Source: a candidate division FCPU426 bacterium (GTDB lineage: Bacteria > Oederibacteriota > Muellerivitia > Muellerivitales > Muellerivitaceae). From it: 64,000 nt of DNA. Numbering within the stretch: position 1 is the first letter of the stretch; every line of letters begins with the position of its first letter. Below the pieces are notes generated by a model, which made no database searches, was not told the DNA's origin, and was given only the letters and a program-made list of their open reading frames with translations. This document shows, piece after piece, positions 47,966 to 58,245 of this stretch. The stretch spans positions 32,001 to 96,000 of the forward strand of contig CAVRAL010000001.1 in NCBI GenBank assembly GCA_963719085.1. Direction: 5' to 3'. The translations under genes and the position numbers were made by a program.

Positions 47966-49003
47966 ATGGAGTTTGTCTTGAAAAGCTTAGTTTTGGGAAT
48001 CGAATCTTCCTGTGACGAAACATCGGTCGCCATTGTGGCCGACCATCGCCGCGTCTTGGCCAATGAGGTGGCGTCCCAAATGGACCTGCATCGCCGTTAT
48101 GGCGGAGTGGTGCCCGAAGTGGCTTCCCGCCAACATTTACACGACCTGCCGCTTCTCATTAAAGAAGCCTTGGATAAATCTAAAACCAGCTATGACGACT
48201 TAACCGGAGTGGCGGTTACGGCCGCGCCGGGTTTAATCGGCGCTCTTTTGGTAGGGCTTTCGGCGGCTAAAGGAATAGCTTTCCGCCTGCGCTTGCCCAT
48301 GGTGGCGGTCCATCATATTGAGGCGCATCTTTACGCGGCGGAATTGGACGCCGATCCCGTCTCATTTCCGGCTCTGGGGCTGGTGGTTTCCGGCGGGCAT
48401 ACGGAGCTTTATAAAATGGAAAGCTGGGGGCAGTATGGGCTTCTGGCCTCGACCCGGGATGACGCGGCCGGGGAAGCTTTTGACAAGGTCGCCAAATTAA
48501 TGGGGTTGGGCTATCCGGGGGGGCCGATCATTGAGAAGCTGGCTTTGAAATTCGATCAGGAAAAAGGAAACTTTCCCCTGGCCCGGATGAAAGACAAAAG
48601 TCTGGACTTTTCTTTTAGCGGCATGAAGACCGCGGTGGGGATTGAGATAAAAAAGAAACCCCTTGAGGCGGAAGAAGACTTGGCGCGTTTGGCGGGAAAG
48701 TTTCAGCGCACGGTTTTGGCCGAGATTAAATGGCGGGTGAGAAGCTGTTTGGATGCGTTAAAACCCAAAAGCCTGGTCATGGGCGGGGGCGTGGCTTGTA
48801 ATCAAACCCTGCGCCGGGTACTGGAACAAGAATGCCAAATCACCGGGGTGGTCTTTCGTGTTCCACCGGCCCAATATTGCTCGGATAACGCGGCCATGAT
48901 CGCGGGGTTGGGCTCCCATCACCTTTCCCAAGGCCGCACCACCCCCTTTTCAGCCACCGCCCTCGCTTCGCCTTCCGGCGCCCAGCCCTTCTTGCTACAA
49001 TAA
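47966..49003 (+). CDS. tsaD: tRNA t6A transferase TsaD
   Basis: LGIESSCDET, GGVVPEVASR, HHIEAH, VSGGHT, DDAAGEAFDK, DNAAMI. Confidence 0.97.
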   Translation: MEFVLKSLVLGIESSCDETSVAIVADHRRVLANEVASQMDLHRRYGGVVPEVASRQHLHDLPLLIKEALDKSKTSYDDLTGVAVTAAPGLIGALLVGLSAAKGIAFRLRLPMVAVHHIEAHLYAAELDADPVSFPALGLVVSGGHTELYKMESWGQYGLLASTRDDAAGEAFDKVAKLMGLGYPGGPIIEKLALKFDQEKGNFPLARMKDKSLDFSFSGMKTAVGIEIKKKPLEAEEDLARLAGKFQRTVLAEIKWRVRSCLDALKPKSLVMGGGVACNQTLRRVLEQECQITGVVFRVPPAQYCSDNAAMIAGLGSHHLSQGRTTPFSATALASPSGAQPFLLQ

Positions 49004-49007
49004 AGCC

Positions 49008-49679
49008 ATGTCCCTTCTCCCCTTAACCACCCCCGATGTCATCCTGCGCCTTTTCATCACCTTGGCTCTGGCCGGCATTATCGGTTTTGACCGGGAGCGC
49101 CTTCGCAAGCCCGCCGGGATCCGAACCCATATCATGGTGGGTTTGGGCGGCGCCCTTTTAATGATGCTTTCCATTTTTACCAGCCCCGTGGTGGCCGGGC
49201 AGGTTCAGTTCGATCCCCGGATTGTGGCCAATGTGGTGACGGGTATCGGTTTTTTGGGCGCGGGCACCATCTTGCGGATGCGGGAGGGAATTATTACGGG
49301 GCTTACCACGGCGGCCACCCTTTGGATCGTTTCAGCCATCGGCATGGCGGTAGGGTGCGGTTTTTATACGGGCGCGGCTTTGTCGACGGCTTTTGTGATG
49401 TTGGTGCTTTATTTTATGGCTTTGGTCGATGACTTTCTGGAAGGCCGGGTTTACCAGACCCTGACGCTCCATGCTAAAATGAGCCACGCGATTTCCGAGG
49501 AAGCCAAGGCGCTTTTAAGGTCGGTGGGGATCAAGGTTTTTAAAGCCGAGGTTCAGACCCTCAGCCCGACGGAAAGATATGTGGTAATCCATTTCGCCCC
49601 GGTGCGCATTACCAAAGTGAAGCCGATTATCACCAAGCTTGGAAAATTGTCCGGCGTGAAGGAAGCGACGTTTAATTAA
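49008..49679 (+). CDS. MgtC/SapB family membrane protein
   Basis: IGFDRE..KPAGIRTH, VVTGIGFLGAG, GLTTAATLW. Confidence 0.92.
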   Translation: MSLLPLTTPDVILRLFITLALAGIIGFDRERLRKPAGIRTHIMVGLGGALLMMLSIFTSPVVAGQVQFDPRIVANVVTGIGFLGAGTILRMREGIITGLTTAATLWIVSAIGMAVGCGFYTGAALSTAFVMLVLYFMALVDDFLEGRVYQTLTLHAKMSHAISEEAKALLRSVGIKVFKAEVQTLSPTERYVVIHFAPVRITKVKPIITKLGKLSGVKEATFN

Positions 49680-49698
49680 GTTTAAGAGAAAGTAGATC

Positions 49699-50805
49699 AT
49701 GAGCGTATTGCCTCGAGAAAATAAAGAAGCCATTGACCAGACGCCCGCATCCGCCGAGAACGCCCCGTTGGAAGGCAAGCCCATGGGCCAAGGTGCGCGC
49801 GAACTGAAGGTGGGAAACCTCACCTTAAACGGCCGGGTCTTTTTGGCTCCCATGGCCGGTTATACGGACACGGCTTTCCGGCGGCTGGCCCGTCGTTATG
49901 GCGCGGCCATGGTGATTACCGAAATGGTCAGCTCGAGGGCGCTTCTGGAAGGAAGCGATAAGAGCGATGAGCTGATGGCTTTTACCGAGCCCGAGCGGCC
50001 TGTGGGAGTCCAGCTTTTCGGGGGCGATCCCGGCATCATGGGCGAAGCGGCTTTGCAAGTACTCGAGAAGGTCCATCCCGATGTCATCGACATTAACTTT
50101 GGCTGTCCGGTCGGCAAAATTCTTAAATGTGATTCCGGCGCGGCCGTTTTAAAAGAACCCCAAAGAGCAGGTTGGATTGTGAAGGCCATGATCGAGGCTA
50201 CCGGCGGAAGGGTTCCCATCACGGTTAAGACCCGGGCCGGTTATGACGCCATGGACAACGCCGTGTTTGAACTCTTGGACGCCGTGACCGAGGCGGGCGC
50301 TTCCGCGCTGGCCGTTCACGCCCGCACCCGAAATCAAATGTTCGAGGGCAAGGCGAATTGGGAAGTCATCGCCAAACTCAAAGAAAAAGCCCGCATCCCC
50401 ATCATCGGCAACGGCGACGTGAAATGCGCGGCCGACGCTTGGCGGCTTTTTCAACAGACGAATTGCGACGGCATCATGATCGGCCGGGCCAGCATGGGCT
50501 CGCCTTGGATTTTTGAGGAGATCAACCATTACCTGGAAACCGGGGAGCCCATGCCGACGCTTTCGCTCAAAGCGCGCTTTGGAATCGCCTTGGAGCAGCT
50601 GAAATGCTCCATTGAGGTAAAGGGAGAGCGGTTGGGATTGCTGGAGATGCGCAAACACCTGACGCATTACTTCAAGGGGTTTGAGGGCGCGCGGGAAATG
50701 CGTCAACAGCTGCTGACTTCCACCGACGCCGATTGGGTGGTGAAGACCCTGGGTGAAATCCACGAAACCCTGTCCGAAGACGCTCAGACCACCAAGGTGG
50801 CCTAA
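49699..50805 (+). CDS. dusB: tRNA-dihydrouridine synthase DusB
   Basis: LAPMAG, DINFGCP, VHART, IGNGDV, IGRA, RKH. Confidence 0.93.
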   Translation: MSVLPRENKEAIDQTPASAENAPLEGKPMGQGARELKVGNLTLNGRVFLAPMAGYTDTAFRRLARRYGAAMVITEMVSSRALLEGSDKSDELMAFTEPERPVGVQLFGGDPGIMGEAALQVLEKVHPDVIDINFGCPVGKILKCDSGAAVLKEPQRAGWIVKAMIEATGGRVPITVKTRAGYDAMDNAVFELLDAVTEAGASALAVHARTRNQMFEGKANWEVIAKLKEKARIPIIGNGDVKCAADAWRLFQQTNCDGIMIGRASMGSPWIFEEINHYLETGEPMPTLSLKARFGIALEQLKCSIEVKGERLGLLEMRKHLTHYFKGFEGAREMRQQLLTSTDADWVVKTLGEIHETLSEDAQTTKVA

Positions 50806-50808
50806 GGC

Positions 50809-51426
50809 TTGGACGATTTTTTTTATTCCCTCGATGTCTCGATTTTTCGCTGGATCAACGAAGGTTGGTCCAATCCTTTTCTCGACAAATTTTTTTCCTT
50901 TATCACGAACATCCACAACTTTTATCCGGTTCTTCTCTTATTAGCGATCGCTCTTTTGATCCGGGGGAAAGCCAAGGGCCGTTGGATGGTTTTGGCGCTG
51001 GTCGTGACGGTCATTCTGACCGACCAAATCTCCGCCCATGTGCTCAAAGAGTTGGTGGGGCGGGTAAGGCCTTGTAACGCTTTAACCGGGGTTTTGACGC
51101 CGTTGGGGCCCAGCGGGTCCTATTCTTTTCCTTCCAGCCACGCCACTAATATGGGCGGCTCCATGCTGCTTTTAACCCTGGCTTATCCGGTTTGGGGTTG
51201 GTTTTGGGGGCTTTGGGCCTTGTTGGTCGGGCTTTCCCGGATTTATTTGGGCCTGCATTACCCGTCGGATGTATTGGGAGGGTATCTTTTAGGAATGGCC
51301 ATCGGTTGGGGGGTGTGGATGGCTCTTCGCAAATGGGCGGGGGCTTCCTTTCGTAAAACCGCGCCCGTTCCTGTTAAAGTAAAGAAAATCGCGGGGAAAA
51401 GAATTGTCCGAAAAAAGCGCCGATAA
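50809..51426 (+). CDS. PAP2-family phosphatase
   Basis: KxxxxRxRP, SFPSSH, SRIYLGLHYPSDV. Confidence 0.92.
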   Translation: MDDFFYSLDVSIFRWINEGWSNPFLDKFFSFITNIHNFYPVLLLLAIALLIRGKAKGRWMVLALVVTVILTDQISAHVLKELVGRVRPCNALTGVLTPLGPSGSYSFPSSHATNMGGSMLLLTLAYPVWGWFWGLWALLVGLSRIYLGLHYPSDVLGGYLLGMAIGWGVWMALRKWAGASFRKTAPVPVKVKKIAGKRIVRKKRR

Positions 51427-52336
51427 AAATTCCGTAAAGCCCCAAACCCTTTATCTGGTGGCCACGCCCATCGGGAACCTGGACGACATCACTTTCCGGG
51501 CCTTGAAGGTTTTGAAGGAGGCGGACCTCATCGCCGCGGAAGACACCCGCCACAGCTTGAAACTTTTAACCCATTTCGGCATCCAGCCTAAAAAATTAAT
51601 TTCCTGCTTTGAGCACAACGAGGTCAAACGGGTCTCGGAAATTTTGGAAACCCTGGAGGCCGGCGGGTCGGTGGCCCTGGTGACCGACGCGGGAATGCCG
51701 GCCATCTCGGATCCGGGTTATCAAGTCGTGAAGGCGGTTTCGGAAAAAGGATTCACGGTGACACCCGTGCCTGGAGCCTCGGCGGTTTTAGCCGCTTTGG
51801 CGGTCTCGGGTTTTCCGGCCACGCCCTTTACCTTTATCGGGTTCCTGCCGCCTAAGGCGGGAGACCGGAAGTCGGCCTTGCTTCGAGTGCGGTCCGAGGA
51901 ACGCACCCTGGTTTTTTTTGAGTCGCCCCACCGCCTTCGTCAAAGTTTAAAAGATATGCTCAGTGTTTTTGGAAGCCGTCAAGCGGCTGTGGCCCGGGAG
52001 CTGACCAAACTGCACGAGGAATTCGTGCGGGGAAACTTGCAAGACATCGGGAAACATTTTAAGGATAAAGAACCTCTGGGCGAGTTTGTCATTGTGGTGG
52101 AGCCCGGGGAGCGGGTCGATCATTCCCAGCAGGAAAAATGGGCGGGTGTTTCGATCGAGGCCCAATTGATTCAGCTGATGCGGGACCAAAAACTTTCCAA
52201 GACCGAGGCGGTCAAGGCGGTTTGTCAATCGCGGGGGCTTCCCCGGGAAGTGGTGTATCAAATCGCGACCAGTCTCCCGGCCCGGGGGCCCGGTGACCAG
52301 CCGCCCGAGGACAGCGAGGATTCGGATCTGTTATGA
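51404..52336 (+). CDS. rsmI: 16S rRNA C1402 2'-O-methyltransferase RsmI
   Basis: LYLVATPIGNL, AEDTR, DAGMPAISDPG, ESPHR, RELTKLHEE. Confidence 0.96.
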   Translation: MSEKSADKNSVKPQTLYLVATPIGNLDDITFRALKVLKEADLIAAEDTRHSLKLLTHFGIQPKKLISCFEHNEVKRVSEILETLEAGGSVALVTDAGMPAISDPGYQVVKAVSEKGFTVTPVPGASAVLAALAVSGFPATPFTFIGFLPPKAGDRKSALLRVRSEERTLVFFESPHRLRQSLKDMLSVFGSRQAAVARELTKLHEEFVRGNLQDIGKHFKDKEPLGEFVIVVEPGERVDHSQQEKWAGVSIEAQLIQLMRDQKLSKTEAVKAVCQSRGLPREVVYQIATSLPARGPGDQPPEDSEDSDLL

Positions 52337-53025
52337 AAAAAACCATCACCGGGTTTTTCGTCAAAATAGTGATCGGGATCCTGATGGTTTGGATCGGCGC
52401 CGGGGTATGCTGTTTGGTGGGCGAGAGCCTGCTGCGGCTCACCTGGGCTTCGCCCTTGGCTGTCGCCTTTACCCTGGGTTTCGTGATTTATTTTCCCATC
52501 CACTTCCTGCTTTATAAGCCGGTTTTAAGCCATGTGATGGCTCATGAAGTGACCCACGCCTTGGCGGCCTTGGCCATGGGCGGCAAAGTGACCGAGATCC
52601 ATGCCACCCATTCGGGAGGCTCCACGCTCACCAATAAGTCCCATTTTTTCATCAGTATGGCCCCTTATGTGGTGCCGCTTTACACCCTTTTGGCCTTGGG
52701 GCTTTACGCCATCGCCGCGCCGGTCTTTAAAATTTACCTTATGGGACTTATCGGGTTTACCTACTCGTTTCATTGGGTGCTTACGGTTTACTCGCTTTCC
52801 CATCATCAGCCGGACCTGGACGAGGGCGGGGTTGTGTTCTCCTTGATTTTCATTTTTACCGTAAATATGATTGTCTTGATGCTTCTTTTCTCCCTGGTCT
52901 GGCCCGACGTCCTGTCTTTCGGCGGAGCCCTATCGGGGACGACTCATTGGTGCCTGCGCTTAGCTCAAGCCTTGTTTCATCTTTTGCATCCCATTTCTTC
53001 CCCCCCGGAGGGCAAACCCGCATGA
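52333..53025 (+). CDS. M50B-like membrane metallopeptidase
   Basis: HEVTH (HExxH) in a TM context, ISMAPY, QPD. Confidence 0.7.
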   Translation: MKKTITGFFVKIVIGILMVWIGAGVCCLVGESLLRLTWASPLAVAFTLGFVIYFPIHFLLYKPVLSHVMAHEVTHALAALAMGGKVTEIHATHSGGSTLTNKSHFFISMAPYVVPLYTLLALGLYAIAAPVFKIYLMGLIGFTYSFHWVLTVYSLSHHQPDLDEGGVVFSLIFIFTVNMIVLMLLFSLVWPDVLSFGGALSGTTHWCLRLAQALFHLLHPISSPPEGKPA

Positions 53026-54350
53026 AAAAAACCTTCGTCCTGGACACAAACGTCCTGATCCACAATCCCAAGGCGCTGGAGTCCTTTGAGGACAACACCG
53101 TGGTGGTTCCCTTGGCGGTGATTGAGGAACTGGATACTTTTAAAAAAAGCCAGGATGAAAAGGGCCGCAACGCGCGCGAAGTGGCGCGGATGCTGGATGA
53201 GATGCGACAAAAGGGAAAACTGCAGGAAGGCGTCAACCTGCCCAACGGCGGGGTGCTTCGGGTAGAGACCAGCATGCTCAACGGTGAGTTGCCCGCCTCA
53301 CTGGCCCATTCCAAGGTGGACAATTATATCGTGGGGGTCGCCTTGGCCTTGAAGAACCGGGGCGAGAATGTGCGGTTCATTTCCAAAGACATCAATGTGC
53401 GCATCAAGGCCGACGCCCTCGGGCTTATCGCCGAGGATTTCGAGACCAATAAAATTAATATCGACGAGCTTTATTCCGGTTGGACCACGGTGACCGTCAA
53501 GGACGCCGAGGTGGATGAGTTTTATAAATCCGGCAGGATTTCGCTCGTTCCTTATCTTGAGCAACACGCGCTTTACGAGAACGAGTTTCTGTTGCTCAAA
53601 AGCGACATCCACGAGGGGAAGACGGCTTTAAGCGTTTATAACAGCGGTTTGAAACAGGCCCAGCCGCTTTGGTTTAAAGATCCGGAAGCCTGGGGCATCA
53701 AGGCGCTCAACCGCGAGCAGCATTTCGCTTTGAACTTGCTTTTGAATGACCGAATTTCCATGGTGACTCTGGTGGGATCGGCCGGAACGGGCAAGACGCT
53801 TTTGGCGCTGGCCGCGGGTTTGCTCAAGAGCTTGGATGAGAAAAAATACCGCCGGGTACTGGTTTCCCGGCCGATTGTCCCGATGGGAAAAGACATCGGA
53901 TACTTGCCGGGCACCAAAGACGAGAAGCTGATGAACTGGATGCAGCCTATTTTTGATAATTTGGAATTTATTTTGGATAAGGGCCACCTGCAAAATGACA
54001 CCGAGGAGGTGGACGACAAGGTGCAATATCTGCTGGATTCCCATAAGCTTGAATTGGAAGCCTTGACCTATATCCGGGGAAGGTCGATCCCCAAACAGTT
54101 TATGATCATCGACGAGGCGCAAAACCTCACGCCCCATGAAATTAAAACCATTGTTTCCCGGGCCGGCGTCGGCACCAAAATCATCATGACCGGGGACCCT
54201 TACCAGATTGATAATCCTTACCTAGACGCCTCGTCCAACGGTATCGTCTATTTGGCCGAGCGGTTTAAGGGCCAGGAAATATTCGGCCATATCACCCTTT
54301 CCAAGAGTGAAAGATCGCCGTTGGCCGCATTGGCCGCCAAGACACTTTAA
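53022..54350 (+). CDS. PIN-PhoH fusion (PhoH2/YlaK family)
   Basis: FVLDTNVL PIN domain; GSAGTGKT, YIRGRS, DEAQN, GDPYQID. Confidence 0.93.
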   Translation: MKKTFVLDTNVLIHNPKALESFEDNTVVVPLAVIEELDTFKKSQDEKGRNAREVARMLDEMRQKGKLQEGVNLPNGGVLRVETSMLNGELPASLAHSKVDNYIVGVALALKNRGENVRFISKDINVRIKADALGLIAEDFETNKINIDELYSGWTTVTVKDAEVDEFYKSGRISLVPYLEQHALYENEFLLLKSDIHEGKTALSVYNSGLKQAQPLWFKDPEAWGIKALNREQHFALNLLLNDRISMVTLVGSAGTGKTLLALAAGLLKSLDEKKYRRVLVSRPIVPMGKDIGYLPGTKDEKLMNWMQPIFDNLEFILDKGHLQNDTEEVDDKVQYLLDSHKLELEALTYIRGRSIPKQFMIIDEAQNLTPHEIKTIVSRAGVGTKIIMTGDPYQIDNPYLDASSNGIVYLAERFKGQEIFGHITLSKSERSPLAALAAKTL

Positions 54351-54353
54351 CCC

Positions 54354-55349
54354 GTGAGTTTTCACTCCCCTAAACCGCTGGTGGCCGTGACCCAAGGTGA
54401 TCCAGCTGGCATCGGCGGGGAAGTGGCGCTCAAGGCGCTTCAACATAAACTTTCCCGTTCGCCGGTTTCTTATCTGATGGTGGGCGGGTTTGATGAGCTT
54501 CAAAAAACTGCCCGAAAACTAAAGATTGATATTCCGTTGGTCCGGGTGGATTCTCCCCAAGCGGTTTCAGGAAAATTGGCTGTACTGGATTTGGGCGGTC
54601 CGCCCCATGTGAAGTGGGGAAAAATTTCCAAAGACTGCGGCGCCGCGGCGGTACGCTATATCGAGGCGGCGGCTCGTTTGGCCTTGGCGGGAGAGGCTCA
54701 AGCCATCGTCACAGCCCCGATCAATAAAGAAGCGATCCATCTTTCGGGCTCAAAGTTTCCAGGCCATACCGAGATGCTGGCGGACCTTTCGGAAGCCAAG
54801 AATTTCGCCATGATGATGGTGGGCGGCCCTTTTAAAATCACGCTTCAGTCCATTCATCTTTCGCTGGCGGACGCGGTTAAAAAAATAAAACCGGCGGCGG
54901 TCTTCGAAAAATTAGAACTGACCCATCGAACCATGACGACTTGGTTTAAGATCAAAAACCCCCGGATCGCTGTGGCGGGTTTAAACCCCCATGCCGGGGA
55001 AAACGGCGCTTTCGGCCGGGAAGAACTCACGGTTTTAAAACCCGTCATTCAAAAGGCGCGGGCCCGGGGCTGGAAGGTGAGCGGCCCCCATCCTCCGGAC
55101 ACGCTTTTTTATTGGGCGGCCCAGGGCCGCTATGACGCGATTCTTTGTATGTACCATGACCAGGGGCTTATTCCTTTAAAACTCACGGCGTTTGACTCGG
55201 GCGTTAATTTGACCTTGGGACTTCCTTTCGCGCGCACCTCGCCGGACCATGGAACGGCTTTTGACATCGCCGGTAAGGGCAAGGCGAGTCCGAACAGTAT
55301 GCTGGCGGCGCTGGATCTCGCGGAAAAACTGGCGGGCCAAAAGTCATGA
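54354..55349 (+). CDS. pdxA: 4-hydroxythreonine-4-phosphate dehydrogenase
   Basis: GDPAGIG, TAPINK, GHTE, LNPHAGE, MYHDQG, RTSPDHGTAFDIAG. Confidence 0.96.
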   Translation: MSFHSPKPLVAVTQGDPAGIGGEVALKALQHKLSRSPVSYLMVGGFDELQKTARKLKIDIPLVRVDSPQAVSGKLAVLDLGGPPHVKWGKISKDCGAAAVRYIEAAARLALAGEAQAIVTAPINKEAIHLSGSKFPGHTEMLADLSEAKNFAMMMVGGPFKITLQSIHLSLADAVKKIKPAAVFEKLELTHRTMTTWFKIKNPRIAVAGLNPHAGENGAFGREELTVLKPVIQKARARGWKVSGPHPPDTLFYWAAQGRYDAILCMYHDQGLIPLKLTAFDSGVNLTLGLPFARTSPDHGTAFDIAGKGKASPNSMLAALDLAEKLAGQKS

Positions 55350-56188
55350 ACTCCATTTCGGCTCTTTTTGAGGAGTTTTCTTATAAACCGCGAAAATCAG
55401 CCGGCCAAAACTTTCTGGTGGACGCCGGCGCCTTGGATGCGATTGAGGCGGTGATCGAATGCCCCCCCGAGGATTTACTTTTGGAAGTGGGCGGGGGCTA
55501 TGGTGTTTTGACCGACCGGCTCCACAAAAAAACAAAAAAATTGGCCGTGGTGGAAGTGGACCATAAACTTTTCGCCATGCTGGAGCGCCGCTTCGCCCTG
55601 GTTCCGGACGAGGTCAAGCTGGTGAAGGGCGACATCATGAAATTGGACGTGGAAACCTTCCGGCCTGCCCCGCCGGGCAAGATCACGGTAGCCGGCAATA
55701 TTCCTTATTACCTCACGACCCCCCTGATCACCCGCTTACTGACCCAATCGAACGCTTATGTACGGCGGATTTATTTGATGATCCAAAAGGAAGTCGCCGA
55801 CCGTTTGATCGCCGGGCCCGGGAGCAAGGCCTATGGGGCTTTAAGTCTTTGCGCCCAATATTATGGGCCCGCCCAAAAGAGGGTGACGGTGCCGGCTTCC
55901 AGTTTCAAACCCCAGCCCAAAGTGGACTCGGCTTTTGTCGAGCTCACCTTGCGGGAAAAACCTCTTTTAAATGAGGCTCAGGAAAAACTATTTTTTCAAT
56001 TGGCGCGTTCGATTTTTCAAAGCCGCCGCAAGGTTATTTCAAACTCATTAAAGTCGATGGGGAAGCCGGTGGACCAGATTAATTTGATGCTTGAAAAAAC
56101 CGGCGTGAAGCCGGGCATTCGAGGCGAGGAACTGGGTTTGGAAAAGTTTTTGGAAATGGCCCGGGTTTTGGATGAGGTTTCGTCTTAA
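55346..56188 (+). CDS. rsmA: 16S rRNA dimethyladenosine transferase
   Basis: GQNFL, EVGGGYG, GNIPYY, QKEVA, F.P.PKVDS. Confidence 0.95.
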   Translation: MNSISALFEEFSYKPRKSAGQNFLVDAGALDAIEAVIECPPEDLLLEVGGGYGVLTDRLHKKTKKLAVVEVDHKLFAMLERRFALVPDEVKLVKGDIMKLDVETFRPAPPGKITVAGNIPYYLTTPLITRLLTQSNAYVRRIYLMIQKEVADRLIAGPGSKAYGALSLCAQYYGPAQKRVTVPASSFKPQPKVDSAFVELTLREKPLLNEAQEKLFFQLARSIFQSRRKVISNSLKSMGKPVDQINLMLEKTGVKPGIRGEELGLEKFLEMARVLDEVSS

Positions 56189-56350
56189 ATCTCCCGTTTT
56201 TTTGCCAAGTCGCACCGTTCTTCTAAATAAAATCAAAAGGAGAACGGCAGGTCCCGCCAAGATTGGCCTTTGAAAGAGGCCGGCAGGGTGGTAAAAAGCT
56301 TTTTGTGTTAGCATGCTGTCCCCGAAGCGACATTCTTTATCGAGGTTTTT

Positions 56351-58201
56351 ATGTGCGGCATCGCCGGTTATACGGGTTCTAAACCCGCCGTTTCCATCCT
56401 GCTCAATGGCTTGGCCAAATTGGAATACCGTGGCTATGACTCCGCCGGGTTGGCTCTGTTGGACTCTTCCGGAAAAATGAAGATCCTGAAAAAAGCCGGC
56501 AAAATCGGGAACCTGGTGGCGGCGGTTAAGAAAGCCCACTTGGATCCGGCCATCCATTTTGGAATCGGCCATACGCGCTGGGCCACCCATGGACATCCGA
56601 CCGATCAAAACGCCCACCCCCACACGGATTGCGGGGGACATATCGCCGTGGTCCATAACGGCATTATTGAAAACTATCAAAAGCTCAAGAATGAACTAGT
56701 GGCCAAGGGCCACCGGTTTCGGTCGCAAACGGACTCGGAAGTTTTAGCGCATTTGATTGAGGAAGGACTTCAGAAGCGCTCCTGGATCGAGGCGGTGCGC
56801 TGGGGGCTGTCCAAGATTACGGGCAACTATTCGGTGGTGGCCATTTCGGACGCCGCTCCGGAGACGCTCATTGGCGCCCGGTCCGGGGGCGGCGCTTTAG
56901 TGGTGGGTTTGGGCCAGGGTGAAAATTTTATCGCTTCGGACGTCCCCGCCCTTTTGCAGCATACCCAAAAGGTCTATTACCTGGAGGATGACGAGATGGC
57001 GGTTGTGACGCCGCAAGAATCCCGTGTGTTGGGAATCGCCGATGGAAAGCCCCGTTTGAAAACCCCCGCGCGAATCGATTGGACGGCCGAACAAGCCGAA
57101 AAGGGCGGTTACGCGCATTTCATGCTGAAAGAAATTATGGAACAGCCCCGCGCCCTCCAGGACACCTTGACCGGACGTTTGGATCCCAGATCCGGCGAAG
57201 TTTATTTGGAAGGGGCTTTTTTGAAGGCTCCCTGGATAAAACAGTTTAAAAAGATAACGCTGCTGGCCTGCGGCACCTCTTATTACGCCGCTTTAGTCGG
57301 AAAGTTTTTGTTGGAAGAACATTTGAAGGTGCCGGTGGAGGTCGATTACGCCTCCGAGTTCAGGTATCGAAACCCGGTGATCGGCAAGGAACACTTGGCC
57401 ATCGTCATCACCCAAAGCGGCGAGACCGTGGATACCTTGGTCGCCTTAAGGGAAGCCCGGTTGAAAGGCGCGAAGATTGTCTCGATTTGCAACGTCATGG
57501 GAAGCTCAGCCACGCGGGAGGCGGACGCGGTTCTTTTAACCCGCGCGGGTCCTGAGATCGGCGTGGCGTCCACCAAGGCTTTTACCACCCAATTGGAAGC
57601 TCTTTGGCTTTTAACTTTGTTTTTCGCCCGGGTCCGCGGCGATTTGCCCTTAAAGGTTTTGTGCGCCAAAGGCCTGGCGCTCGCGCGGATTCCGGCCCTC
57701 GCGACGGCGGCTCTTCGTCAAAGAAAGGCCATTGAAAAGATCGCCAAAACCTTCGCGCCCCACTTCAACTTTCTTTATCTGGGCCGGGGCATCAATTACC
57801 CCATCGCTCTGGAAGGCGCGTTGAAGCTCAAGGAAATTTCTTATATTCACGCGGAGGGTTACCCCGGAGGCGAGATGAAGCACGGGCCGATCGCTTTGAT
57901 TGACGCGCGGATGCCCGTGGTGGCCATCGCGTTGAAATCCTCCGGCGTTTACGAAAAGATGCTTAACAATATGGAGGAAGTGAAGGCGCGGTCGGGAAAA
58001 CTGATCGCCGTCGTTGAAAAGGGGGACAAAATCGCGGCCCGCAAAGCCGACGCGGTATTGGAAATTCCGGCGTCGCACGAGTCGCTTTCACCGATTTTAT
58101 CCGTCCTGCCGTTGCAGCTTTTGGCTTATGAAATCGCCAGGATCAAGGGCCGGGAAATCGATCAGCCCCGTAACCTGGCTAAAAGTGTGACGGTCGAGTA
58201 A
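56351..58201 (+). CDS. glmS: Glutamine--fructose-6-phosphate aminotransferase
   Basis: MCGI, LEYRGYDSAG, HTRWATHG, ASTKAF, PRNLAKSVTVE. Confidence 0.99.
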   Translation: MCGIAGYTGSKPAVSILLNGLAKLEYRGYDSAGLALLDSSGKMKILKKAGKIGNLVAAVKKAHLDPAIHFGIGHTRWATHGHPTDQNAHPHTDCGGHIAVVHNGIIENYQKLKNELVAKGHRFRSQTDSEVLAHLIEEGLQKRSWIEAVRWGLSKITGNYSVVAISDAAPETLIGARSGGGALVVGLGQGENFIASDVPALLQHTQKVYYLEDDEMAVVTPQESRVLGIADGKPRLKTPARIDWTAEQAEKGGYAHFMLKEIMEQPRALQDTLTGRLDPRSGEVYLEGAFLKAPWIKQFKKITLLACGTSYYAALVGKFLLEEHLKVPVEVDYASEFRYRNPVIGKEHLAIVITQSGETVDTLVALREARLKGAKIVSICNVMGSSATREADAVLLTRAGPEIGVASTKAFTTQLEALWLLTLFFARVRGDLPLKVLCAKGLALARIPALATAALRQRKAIEKIAKTFAPHFNFLYLGRGINYPIALEGALKLKEISYIHAEGYPGGEMKHGPIALIDARMPVVAIALKSSGVYEKMLNNMEEVKARSGKLIAVVEKGDKIAARKADAVLEIPASHESLSPILSVLPLQLLAYEIARIKGREIDQPRNLAKSVTVE

Positions 58202-58245
58202 AATCCGGCCGGCTGGTTTAAAATTCAAAACTTGAAGGAGACTTT

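Noticed and set aside
47698..48063. N-terminal 122 aa of the 223-aa minus-strand ORF
   Set aside because: Spans the divergent promoter region and the tsaD start; SD and signal peptide point to ATG 47697
50149..50916. 255-aa minus-strand ORF
   Set aside because: Antisense shadow of dusB
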